A DNA stretch of 64,000 bases from positions 1,644,485 to 1,708,484 of the forward strand of contig NC_134027.1 in assembly GCF_964204645.1 (NCBI RefSeq), in the 5' to 3' direction. Position numbers and translations under genes: made by a program. Within the stretch, counting starts at the first letter, position 1. Every line of letters starts with the position of its first letter. Under the pieces are notes generated by a model. That model searched no databases. It was not told the DNA's origin and saw only the letters and a list, made by a program, of their open reading frames with translations. The stretch is from Tubulanus polymorphus. Taxonomy: Eukaryota; Animalia; Nemertea. Of this stretch, positions 39,901 to 51,715 are shown one piece after another.

Positions 39901-42847
39901 ATCTCTAAGGTGAGATCGAAACGTCTTGTATTCTATATATTTCAGATTGAATAAATAAATTCTTGTTTTTAAATTCTTTTAATCTGTAGATAGTCGGTTT
40001 TTATCTTATCATACATATCATATTCCATAGATCTATCTTTATTACAACAAATTCTTCAAGTCAATAGGTATAAACACAGGCTATGCTGACTGTGATATAA
40101 ACTGACCTCTACTCAGACTGATTCTCGTGCCCGATATACTCTCGATCAGACGGATTCGATCTTCTCGTTTGCCGGTCAACGTTTCAGTCATAACGACCGG
40201 AATTTCGAATTTAAACGAATAATGCAACGTGATTTTATTGTCGTCGTAAACAGGAACGACGGAATTCATATCGATTACGTCATCCTGAATCACTTTCACT
40301 TTCTTCACCAGAAATCGTTCCTAACAAAGAGAAAAACAGCATTTTATTCTTTTACCTAATTCACGGGTGCGCGGTTCTAATCAGACTCTTAAAGTATTGG
40401 ATATTATCTTATTTTAGTAATCAGACACAATTGGTTCACGTCCAAGTGAAACCACTGAAATTGATTTCAAATTCAGTATCTGCCTAATTGTCAAAACATG
40501 AAATATCCTGGTCTCGACTAATCGTAGGTGTAACCCATAAAAAGTTTTAAAGGAATTAAATTAAAGGTTCCTAACAGAGAGAAAAAGAGAATTTTATTCT
40601 TTCATCTAATTCACTGGTTCCTGGTTCCAAAAACGACTCCGCCTAATTGTCAAAACAAGAAATATCCTGGTCTCAACTCATTTTAATGAAAAGTTTCACA
40701 GGAATTTTAGGGCATTTTGCAAGATTAAAGGATTTTTAAGCACCTTTAACAGCACATTTTCCATTTACCATGGAGTTACCAAGGAATCAAGGAGTCATAG
40801 GAACCCTGATTGAATTAAGAAGTTACCTTCTGTGCCGTCATCTGTTTAGATTTCTGAATGTAGTAATATCTAGTGTCATCGTCCATCATCCACCCGCGAG
40901 CGCGATCTTCAATCACCTCGAGCAGTTCACTTCGTATCATCGAATTCACGTGATTAGATTTCACTAAATCACGGAAATCGTCGAACAGATTCTCGACGTC
41001 CTCGCGCATGTGATACTCCATCGCGGATCCGTGTTTCCTCACGAGTTCCAGCATCCTCCTCACCTCCGGATGATTCCATTTATACGTCGGTAAATTCATC
41101 TGTATCATATCAATCTCTGTCAAAACATTTTCCACTGGAATAAAAATATGAATCATATTCATACATTTTCTACGTCAGGAATTTTTCTCTTCAGGGATTT
41201 ATCTATTCTTTGAGATTTTTTACGTTCTAGAATCTGAGGTTTTGTCTCATTTTGCCAGTGTGGAATTTTCACATTTCACAGGAGTATCAAGCGTTTTAAA
41301 TCTTTTTTCTTACAGAAAATACCAGGATTTTATCATAAATTTCATGTAAACGAGATTCTCGTAAATCTAATTATTCACAGATTTTTCTTTCAGTTTTTTT
41401 TCCAAATTTTTTTCACACACTACTTAAAATACTGAAGGTCTTACAGGTGTCTCATAGAGACGTGCATCAAGACCCAATAGAGAAGTGTGAATATTGTTTG
41501 AAATAAAATCTTTTTACTCACTTTCTTTTTTGAGTTGAGTTTCAGTTTTTTTCGGTGTCACCGGTGGTAGGTTTCTAACACCAGTAACAGTAGTGGGGTG
41601 TATTGTTTTCACGGGGCTGTATATCGTGTTAAGTGAAACAGTTGGTTGTATTTCGGGACTCGTAGCATCCGGAACACTTATTGATCTGAGGGGACGTGGT
41701 TTTTGAATTTTGCCTCTTCCTCTGCCTACTGTTGGGAACAGCACTGAAAATAGACAGTTGAAATGAGAAGTTCAGTTTTCAGCCATGAAATAAGAAAATG
41801 CATTCAAATTCAAAATTTGGAAGGAAAAACCATGTTGAATTTTGACTAAGTCATGACGACTCTGGAGACCGTCAAAAATCATCCGTAGAACTGTATTAGA
41901 CATTGAGTCCACAAAATGAGTACTTTTCAGCATTTTCATTGGATTTAATACCTGAAAAGTAAGCACTAATCAAGGCCTATCCTAATTGTTTTCCCAACAA
42001 AAGAACTAATCAGTCCCACCATGGACGTATAAACTAGACTCAGTTTACTCAGTTTTAGACTCTAGTTAATACGTCCATGGTCCCACAGAGTTGGGCCTGT
42101 GAAATAGAAGACAGACTTACCATGTTCTTTGTGATCTGTTGGACGGATTGTTTGGTGCTCGTTCTGGACTGGACCAATCGGAATTTCTGTAGTTACGCAA
42201 GGCACGCTCAACGATCTCAGGGGGCGGGGTCTTTCAAGTTTCTTCCCTCTGCCTCGACCTGCCATTTCAACTGCTGAAAACATATAGATTTCCATTTCAA
42301 ATTCTAGATTTGAGTCATGACATGAGAAAGTATGCACCCAGGGGACCACAGTAGTGAGGTTGCTTTTCAGCACCGGAGTATAGGATGACCTGGAGGATAA
42401 ACCAAGTTCAAACTTGCAAAAGTCTTAAGTGCACCCTTTGTAGGAGTACTGTAGGAGCCTGAAGTGGATCGGGCCATGGCACTAATATCAGGCTACATCG
42501 CAAATTCAACAAAGTGACAACATTTTCTATTTATACCCAGATAAATCGTAGAGATCAACATTGAACATTCTATGAGCGTTTTATTACAGACTATAAATGC
42601 TGCTGCTGCAAGTGTAACGCAATTTTTTGTAGCCTTTTCGCCCAAAAAGGTCGTGACGTAATTTTGACAGCTGCTGTGCCTCTGTGAAACATACTCTCAT
42701 TCATTCATTGTATTACACATTGTGCTTCTAATTCAACATATAAATGACCTAAAATAAGAACCTGTATGTATTTGAAGTTTTTTTCAGCCAGCAGCAGCAG
42801 ATAAAACTCGGTCAGTCGTGCGAAACGAGAAACCACTCACTCGCCAT
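36948..42847 (-). CDS. mxt: Mextli-like eIF4E-binding protein (MIF4G-like region, degenerate KH domain, 4E-binding motif, Pro-rich tail)
   Basis: Exons 42841-42847, 42121-42273, 41522-41743, 40827-41134, 40107-40320, 39326-39383, 39145-39243, 39039-39064, 38426-38931, 36948-37931 join in frame. Motifs IRSELLEVIEDRARGW, KH-like RIRLIESISGTRISL...VSVFGP...IINDTLKTNEAP, and YTRSFLC...SPFS...PADW, resembling the Mextli 4E-binding region. Confidence 0.78.
37997..38165. mobile_element. Tc1/mariner-pogo type MITE
   Basis: ta|cagttgaacctcgt ... acgaggttccactg|ta with TA TSD; related sequence near 17213 and a similar element at about 56511-56645. Confidence 0.75.
39392..40075. repeat. 309-bp tandem repeat (2.2 units), each unit a long palindrome of a Penelope-like terminal fragment
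   Basis: Units start at 39392, 39701, 40010; 76-bp arms 39496-39571 and 39625-39700; same sequence as 48664-48816. Confidence 0.88.
42020..42079. mobile_element. 60-bp mini-element with ~19-bp TIR catggacgtataaactaga and exact 7-bp TSD gtcccac
   Basis: gtcccac|catggacgtataaactaga...tctagttaatacgtccatg|gtcccac. Confidence 0.75.
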
Positions 42848-43423
42848 CTATCGTTAACTGAGTATTGATGGTGGATAGCTCCGAGAAACCGACCGGGAAG
42901 AGTCAAGAGTTTTAGAATGAAATATGATTTGAAAAAGAGGAAAAATCTCCGAATCTTTGAGATTAGCATCTTATAGTTGTTGAATACTCAGTGAAATTAC
43001 GAGAAAAATCTGGCGTGTGAAAAATATATGATCGGAGCCACCCGGTTCTCGATTAATCAGTAAACATATAGATGACAGCACCGTCAAACATGGAGGGCAG
43101 GGTGAGAGAAATTTTTAAAACATGACAGATTATCATTTGAATTATCACCTTATCGCCGTACTCACTTTCATTATGCAAGCTGCTTGTGTGGGCTGGTGAT
43201 CGATGGGGGTGTCGTGAAAAATCAAATATTCTCCCCTCTAACGTTACCTCTCTCCTGCTAGGCTGCCTACACAATCCTCCCCCGTCCTGCTGGGTGGGTC
43301 TGTTCGTTTGTTTATTTCTGAACTGAATCCTGATTATTTTTGAAACCTTTTTGGCCTATTCATCATAATATGACTTTTTTAATAGGGCCTTTAGACGCTG
43401 TTTTAAGAATTGATTATTTTCAG
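42848..43423. promoter_or_regulatory. Probable bidirectional promoter region between the Mextli-like gene and AKTIP
   Basis: Head-to-head start codons at 42847 (-) and 43474 (+), about 630 bp apart; an acceptor at 43423 suggests a non-coding AKTIP first exon. Inferred from layout only. Confidence 0.55.
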
Positions 43424-43473
43424 GATGTGCAATAGTTAACAACGAGGACATTCATTCAACATAATGTATAGTC

Positions 43474-46400
43474 ATGGCGTCATCAAATATAGTAAGTACA
43501 AACACCGACCGAGCGTTTCTGTGCTGTATCCACTAAACATCTTTATATTCACCTCGTAATTCTATGATTTCAGTCATTGGAGAATGGAGCAGAAACCCCT
43601 CCAAGCACTAGTTCGCTGAGCCGTCAAAATTCTCTGGGTAAAAAGACACTACCGTCCATCCCTGATTCGCAAGCTCAATTACAACTCGCGAGTAAAATGA
43701 TCGACAAAAAGACGAGTACACCTAAAGGAAACCATAGTTACGGACCTTTCTTCTTGGAATATTCACTACTAGCGGAATAGTAAGTCATTGAAACTAATTT
43801 GATTCTCGTAACCTATTAATTTCAAGTAGGACTTGATCATTTAAATGTAAAAATGGTTTTTATCAAATTTTATTTTCAGTCATCAATTACAAAAACAAAG
43901 ACTACCAGGTGTATATGTAATACCATCAGCGAAATCATCCCTGCGTAAGTTATTGATTTATTGCTATTAATTCTCAATTTTGATGCCATATTTGTTTAAT
44001 TGTGCTTCAAATTACATTACCAGAAATTCTTGGGCCGGTCCCATAATCTAGAGCTGGATTAAAGACAAATCATCTTAGGCCTAGTTCTTTAGCGAATCTA
44101 AGAAATAAAGACCAGTCTTAAAAGATAACTCTTGTACTAAAGTCTCAAATATAGGAACTACCCGCATCCTTTAGAATTTGAGGTCAACTAATCAAACATA
44201 AACCACTACTAGAGTCAAATTTAACCAATATGGCGAAATATTTTATATCCAATAGTTTGGTTTGGTGTGTTATTTATCCGGCAAGGATTATATCAAGACG
44301 GAGTATTCAAATTTTCTCTGATTATACCAGAAAATTACCCCGATGGCGATTGCCCGGTAAGTGTTTATCGAGTTGACATAGTCACATTTAGATAAAGATA
44401 TATAGCAACTGAACCATGATATTTTGTAAATTCTATTCTAACAGTGATTTCTATTCTCTATTCTGCAGAGATTGAAATTCGATGTGCCAATATTCCATCC
44501 ATGTATAAACCCCGAAACTGGTGAACTTGATTGTAAAAGAGCATTTCAAAAATGGAGGTGTGTATGTATGTCTATCTGGCTGGTATATACACTTATGTCC
44601 ACCTGCCTGGTTTATCTCCTTGGTATATTATTGTACTAGGTTGTTCTTTTATATTTTCTCGTTAAATCAAAAATCATATGCCATTCGTAATTCCTGAAAT
44701 TTATCTGTCTATCTGGTTACAGTCTATACTTTGAGCAAAAAACTGTTTAACAACCACTGTTTGTTGAGTAGACTGACGAACAAATTAATATTAAATTGAT
44801 TAATTAGCCTCAGATTGGCTGCACTCTTATGATCGATTATTACAAACTAATAAATTTTAAGTATTTGATTACTTCAATGAATAATACATATTGCATAGTA
44901 ATGGTTTGTTGCAGCTTAAACATTGTACAGGTTGCATGTGTTGATATTGTTAGAAATATACACAATATATCTAAATCTACTGTTGGGTAAACAAAATTTT
45001 TTTCACGACAATCAATAATATCCACCTGACTGATATATTGGTGTATCCACCTTACTGATATATTAGTGTATCCACCTTACTGATGTATCGATATATCCAC
45101 CTTACTGGTGTATCGATATATCCACTTTTATGAAATATTTGAACAATTCGATTTTTATTTCAGACGAAATGTGAATCATATATCACAAGTTTTACTCTAT
45201 GCACGACGAGTTTTCTATAAGATTGATAACGCGAATCCACTGAACCCTGAGGCAGCAGTTCTGTAAGTTAACCCCCCCCCCCCCACCTCATTACTCAATG
45301 CTCTTTGTTATAAACTTACTCTTATATCTTAGTTACAATCATTGCAGATATGATAAAGATGGGGAATTATACAAACGAAGAGTTTACGAATCGATACAGA
45401 TTTGTAAAGAAAAACTTTACGATGCCCCTTCATCCGATGACCCTCATTCTATCAGGTGGTTTCATATAATCCAGACCTGTTTCATATCTCCAGCTATTAA
45501 TGCTGATGTATTATAATTTCAAAATGTGATTATTTATACAGGTTTAGTCAGTGGGATCCGTCCATCCATGAAGACGTTCGTAAACAGATGCTTCAACCTA
45601 AGGTATTAGGTAACTAACTATCTCTATTATATTTCTCACTCCTCTCTAACTCATTATTATATTTTCTTGCTTCTTGTAATGTTGTAATTGACGAATATAA
45701 AATTCTTATATATACTTAGCAGTAAATGAAAAGTCAGATGATAGAATTTTACGCTATATAATTTTGAAGATCTATTAAATCGAGACAATTGACATATTCC
45801 AGCAGATGATGGCTAATTTATCGCTTATAGTTTTAATGTGGAACGGTTGGCATCGAGTGTTTTGTTCGGCTAACAAACCGGTATTGATTGGTTTTAATGT
45901 TTGTTGTATTATCTATTTAAAACGCAGCATATTTTTAAGAGAAAATGCGTAAGACAGTGTTGTGTTAAGTTATTCATTTCATGCTTTCAATGGTTATGGA
46001 ATATTTTTTGTTTGCTAATGAAAATAACTTGCTTTAGAAGATTTGAGCGCTTTTTCTCCCCTAAATCATGAAAATAACAAAACCAGAACCATCTTATGAA
46101 ATATCTGATACTGTATGTCCAGCAAGTTAAGTGAAGCCCGAAAAAGTACACTTATTTGAAAATTAACAAAAATTATCAGGATTATAAAAAAAATATTATT
46201 GGAAAATGTACGAACCTTAGCTGAAGTTGATCCTCCTTTGAGTCTATAAAATCTTTAATACCAATCATTCAAGTTAGTGCATCAGGCAGGTCTGGAAGTC
46301 CTGTAGTAAATGGTAATTTTAAGTAATTTTCCAGGAGAGCTTTCACTTTTAAATTGTAGTTGCAACCACTCCCCCTTCTGTTCAACCATTGTGTCTACTA

Positions 46401-47056
46401 TTCATCAATATCCCTCACCTCTATGTTTTATTGCAATCAAAACAGTTAACAATTGCTATAGTACCTTATCAGATGAAATCTATAGACCACCAGTGGCACT
46501 AAACTAGCTTAGTGTCTGGGAAACAATTGTTCCTCAGTGAGTGTTTGGTAACAGACTTTTGATGACAAACATGAACCAGACATGAGACTCTAGAAAGCCA
46601 TTACAACCTTTTATTTCTATAAATCATCGAAATTAGAGAAATTGCCTTTCTTCATCTTGTGCTCTGATTGTAATATGAATATTTGAGAACGTTTTGGTTA
46701 TAGAAACAGCTTACAACTCAAGTGTGTTTCTCATTCTGAGCTGTGAATGTGCCTCTTGATTTGGAAGGTTTATTTAGATAATGTCACATTTCCTCTCAAG
46801 TGTTTGCATGTCCACCTGCTCTTCTAAATATTTTGATTGCGGGGATTAAGTTCAGTTTGAATATCTGTGTAAAATTCCAGTCCTCATAACGATGCGGTTG
46901 TCATTTCGTATTAATGAATTATTCAACTTCTTCTGTAAATTGCAGAAAACAAATGATGGATCAAAAAGTGCGCAGACATCTGGATTATCGTGGATGAAAA
47001 GTGATTCGATGGACATGTTTTCAATCAGTGATAATAAAGACGAATCAGGATCATGA
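43474..47056 (+). CDS. AKTIP: AKT-interacting protein / Fused toes homolog (UEV, inactive E2 fold)
   Basis: Exons 43474-43491, 43574-43779, 43880-43944, 44256-44356, 44469-44557, 45164-45262, 45348-45455, 45542-45602, 46946-47056. Motifs [52 protein letters not shown]...GELD, NPEAAVLY, GLSW. Confidence 0.95.
45019..45126. repeat. ~25-bp minisatellite (tatccaccttactgatatatt...), 4-5 copies
   Basis: Direct tandem copies in an AKTIP intron. Confidence 0.8.
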
Positions 47057-47811
47057 TAAAACCTCAATTGTGTTGCTATGGTTAAAACATTATTACCAGT
47101 ATCTGTGAGGAAGTTGTCACAGGGAGAAGTTAACAGACAAAAGCTGCTATGAATGTCTCAACAGTTGCATCTGGTGCTTACTGTTAAATATCTGATTAAC
47201 TCTGATGCTTGGCAACTGAAAACTGCCCTTATATGAGCCACACACGGTTTATTGCATAATTACAACTAACCATGGATATGTTAAATTTAAGTCCTTGGTC
47301 TAACCATGGACATATAAACTAGTTTATAACTATGGTCTAACAGTCTAATTGCTTGGAGTATCTAAATTTGTATGTGTTTATTTGGAGTAATTAGTTATAA
47401 TCGACTCCAAGGTTGGAGCATAGATCGACTGTTCATCTGAATTGTGATGGAATTGTAAATATTTTACTTATATTTTGAATATGTGATTTACAATACGGAT
47501 TGACTTTCAAAACCCAAGTAAAGTTGAAAGTCTATTCAACTTGAAAGTCGATTTAATTATCCAAGAATATTTATTTATGTTTATGTGTACTTGAGTAATG
47601 AGTTGTTAATTACGTTAATTACACCACACAGAGTCATGATGTTTGATTGATCATTGATCCTATTGGTTAGTGTTAACTTGGAGTAATCATTTCACTACAG
47701 ATGATTACTCCAAGGTGTTATCCAGTAAACAACTGAAATAGTGATAATTATAAGAGTCAATTTTTACCACAGTATTTATCCAAGTAGTATCTCGTATTCT
47801 TTAAGGCCCCT

Positions 47812-47950
47812 GGGGCCGGTTGCATAGTCATGGCTTAGACTTAAGACCAGTCTAAGACCAACTTAGTTCTATAGCCAATCTAACAACTTAAGACCAGTCT
47901 TAAGATTTGAGACCACTTTTGGACTTAAGTCACGACTGTGCAACTGGCCC
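47812..47950. mobile_element. MITE with ggggccRgttgcaYagtc TIRs; degenerate relatives near 44032-44165 and 60262-60373
   Basis: ggggccggttgcatagtc ... gactgtgcaactggcccc; internal taagaccagtct motif shared among copies. Confidence 0.7.
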
Positions 47951-48663
47951 CTGGACTCGGTTCGATAGTTGACAGTTAGAATGTCAGTTTGAATGGAGTT
48001 AGAAATAGTTAATTTCCAATGTTTTAACTCTTCAAGTCAAACTCTAAGTGTAAACTATTGAACCGGCTCGTGAACTGTAACTGGACGTTGATTCAATGTT
48101 TTTGTGATTATTTTACTCTCATGTGTTTGTAGTAAGTGATGTATTCTGTGATTATTCAGAATTCTATCCAGTCTCTGTCATTGTTCACTGTCCTCTGATT
48201 TAATGAATATCTGTTTATTCTACATGATGAAAGAGTCGTCATGATGAAGTAAGGCATTGATCTGATGATTTGTTTATTGAGAGTAGGTTTGTAGAATGAT
48301 ATCCTTTGTTCACACATATTCTAAATTAATTCCTGACTACGCTATGTTCGAACTATGAACTATTATAAGTGTTATAATTCTTGACTTGTACATTGTACAT
48401 TGTATATGACGACTTGGATATTATTATTTTCTGCTAAAATAAACATATTTGATTTGATTAATACGTATGTTTCATTTGTTTTTGGTTGTTGACATCAGAT
48501 GAGGATGAAGGACTACAAACTCCAGATATTGGACATTTCCCCTCCGGAACCGGGAAAGAAATCCCCATTGGTTGAAAATTAACTAAATAAGAATTGTTGG
48601 TGTTACATATCAAACATTGAATAAATTGATAATTATTATCACCGACAAATAGTTCTTGTTTTA

Positions 48664-48816
48664 GAACGATAACCTCACTCAAACGTGGTGAACGGATGAT
48701 AAGATAAAAACCCACTATCTACAGATTAAAAGAATTTAAAAACAAGTATTTATTTATTCAATCTAAAATATATAGAATACACGACGTTTCGATCTCACCC
48801 TAGAGATCATCGTCAG
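48664..48816 (-). mobile_element. Penelope-like retroelement terminal fragment with a minimal hammerhead ribozyme core
   Basis: Minus strand reads CTGACGA-T-GATCTC-tagggt-GAGATC-GAAA-CG-TC (48816-48783), followed by an AT-rich tail with aataaa. Confidence 0.65.
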
Positions 48817-50578
48817 TTCTTGTTTTTTTTCCTGTTTGTCTATTTGTTTTCGTGTAAGCAAACCACACTCATAAGATGATCGAGACACGTGCCTGTAATG
48901 CCGGCCAATCGATTCGATTGAACGGATTGATAAGTGAATACTGCGTCTGACCACCAATCACAAAGCCTGGACTGGTCCCATCCGACGGATCACCACGCCT
49001 ACTCCACCGGTCTCCTACAAAAACTCCGTTACTCTCTTCGGCTGAACTGACCGGGGAAGCGGGAATTACCGAGTCAACTTTCTCGAATCTTTATCTTTCT
49101 CTGTATGGTAACTGTCGGAGACGCTTTTTTCAGATGAAAGACTTGGCGGTGGCTCAGATAGAGCGAGAAGTTATGTAATATCCCAGCGTTCTTGTCCAGA
49201 AACTGTCGCTCCACAGCCCAATTTATTTTTATAGACCTCCCTTGTACATGCGATCAAAAAGTATTTTTTTCACAAAAGGGAAATGTTGAAATAAATCATA
49301 TACTTTCTTCAATAGTGTCCATTATTTTGTATGATTCAGAAAGAATGCGATCATAGTTTGAATTATTAAAAAGTATTGGAACCGGTTTTCGTGAGTTTCG
49401 CTGTGACTGAGCCGAAATGAAAATGGTCACGCGTCGGTCACGACCGCCTACATTATAAACAAATGTAAACAGTACAAAGTAATTGAAACGTCATCAAAAT
49501 ACCGAATACCAAAACATTAAATCCTGCAGTCATAATAAATAATGTTTCCGGGCGTCACGTGTACTGATCAGACAAAGGTATATAATTAACCTGCAAAAAT
49601 CAAGCCAGTAGTTTGCGGCAGAGTTTGAAGCGTGTGCACTGTTTATACTGGAATATTTCGACATTCGCGAAGAAAGATTTCAGGGCGAAGTCGTATTTTT
49701 AACCTCATATTTGGAAATCGTCGACTGTGTATTACGCATTATTTCTTTGTATCGTAGCCAAGGAGAATCTTTATACAGAATCGAGGAAGAATTGTTTGTA
49801 ATATTATTATTGACGATATGGAGAATTTTATCAGACGATATTCAACTTTCAATAGCTGTAGGTGAGTGTAGAGTAGCTTCATTAGTCTTTGCTGATGATA
49901 TGAAATTAAGTTAACACAAATCTGACAGTTGAAACAAAATTGTGGTCACTTCTTTCAGTTTATTGGCCGTAATTGAAACCGTTTGAATCGAATAATTTTT
50001 TAATCAAATCGAAAATTTTGTCAAATATAAATACACATTAACATATATATAAATTCGTGTTTTCAAAAGTCTGATCAAACAAATATACATCAGTATTGAT
50101 ATGGGACAAATATATATATATGTTATTGGCATTCGTGTGCTGGTATTTGTAAATATTTAATATCCAATTCTAAAAGGTAGATATCCAATATATTCCCTCT
50201 TGTACATGTGCTACGTACCATTTCACTTGCGTCACGACTAGCAATTAGGGATATATAACATTTGATTATCTTAGAATTAATAACCTGTATATATATCAAG
50301 TTAGAAAAATTGCCATGGGATTCTTCGTAGTCCCCTATAGTACCGTGTGTACAAACCTTCATCGATAATATTTTGAATTAATCAAATCCACGAACTGTGT
50401 CTGAATATCGCGTGGGAATGAATTTAATTTGCTTTCAAGAACAATTTACGTCAATCCCTGCTGAGAATAAAACTATGAATGAAGAAATGATTTATATTCA
50501 TTATCGTTAACGCGAGGAATTTTCTTGTTTTTTTTTCCAGCGTTTGCGAATGCGTAGCCGATTCATTGCGTCAGTGTT

Positions 50579-51715
50579 ATGGTAACATATTTGGATAGAG
50601 CGTTGCGATATTCACCGGTTACAATGGGTTACGACCAGGAAAGATTCGTTGAGAAAGTCAACGATGGATTATTGTGTTGTATTTGTCGAGATGTTCTTGA
50701 GGACCCGCTACAGGGACCGTGCGAACACGCTTTTTGCGCCGGTTGTATTCACGGTTGGTTGGTCCATGAGAATATCTGTCCAGAGGACAGACGACCGCTG
50801 TGGATCACTGAACTGAGACCACTTTTTCGATATATGAAAAACGATTTGGATAAATTACAAATCCGTTGCCGCAATTTTCGCGCCGGTTGCGAAATCGTAT
50901 GCAATTTAGAATATGTCGAAGCCCATGAACGAGATTGCGGTTTCGTGACAATTCAATGTCCAAGTATTGGATGCACGGTGTCTCTTGAACGACGGGCACT
51001 AGATGAACATCTGACAAACTGTGAATTCCGCACGAAAGAATGTCCAAACGGATGCGGGATGCCGATATTGAGTACGGAAGATCGCGAACACAATTGTATC
51101 GCAGAATTGAAAATGGGAATCGAAGTTTTGCGGTCGGAAATAATCTGTAAATCCGAGGACCAGAAACGAGAAATAGACGTTCGTCTTGACGCGCAGAGGC
51201 GGCATATGGTACAGAGGGAGAGTGGTATACACGCCCATATAGACGAACTGCGCGCCCAAATCGCCCTCCAAAAACAAGAACTTTCCCAACTTCATCAAAC
51301 GCGTCAGTTTAATGACGAAGAGTTGGTTACAATGCGACAAACTTGTCAACACCACGACGATTTAAAAGTGCTGAAATTCATCGTCAAAGATCTGGAGGAC
51401 ATGAAACAAGAATTGACATTTCTGAGAGCTCAAACCAGAGAACAACAAGGCGAGATACAACGACAGCAGCAGGAGATGAGGGAATACAGAGAGCATCGGG
51501 ATGCCGTGGAAACTGAGATACAAATACAGAAATCAAGGATCAACAAACAAGAACAACAGATTACTGAACAAAACAGTAAAATTCACGAACTTGAAACCGA
51601 AAATTGTGAAATTAGCGGTTCATTGAAAAAGGTATTATCGGAACAGCAAACAGCGCCGCAAACTCAGAAAAAATCCGGAATACCAGTTCGTACTGTGAAA
51701 ATAACTGCTTTATAA
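50579..51715 (+). CDS. RING finger E3 ligase, RNF151/RNF41(NRDP1)-like, with TRAF/SIAH-type zinc fingers and a coiled coil; single coding exon
   Basis: MGYDQERF, RING CCICRDVLEDP...PCEHAFCAGCIHGW...CPEDR, zinc fingers C...HERDC, CP...HLTNC, CPNGCG...HNCI, long Q/E-rich coiled coil. Confidence 0.9.
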   Translation: MVTYLDRALRYSPVTMGYDQERFVEKVNDGLLCCICRDVLEDPLQGPCEHAFCAGCIHGWLVHENICPEDRRPLWITELRPLFRYMKNDLDKLQIRCRNFRAGCEIVCNLEYVEAHERDCGFVTIQCPSIGCTVSLERRALDEHLTNCEFRTKECPNGCGMPILSTEDREHNCIAELKMGIEVLRSEIICKSEDQKREIDVRLDAQRRHMVQRESGIHAHIDELRAQIALQKQELSQLHQTRQFNDEELVTMRQTCQHHDDLKVLKFIVKDLEDMKQELTFLRAQTREQQGEIQRQQQEMREYREHRDAVETEIQIQKSRINKQEQQITEQNSKIHELETENCEISGSLKKVLSEQQTAPQTQKKSGIPVRTVKITAL

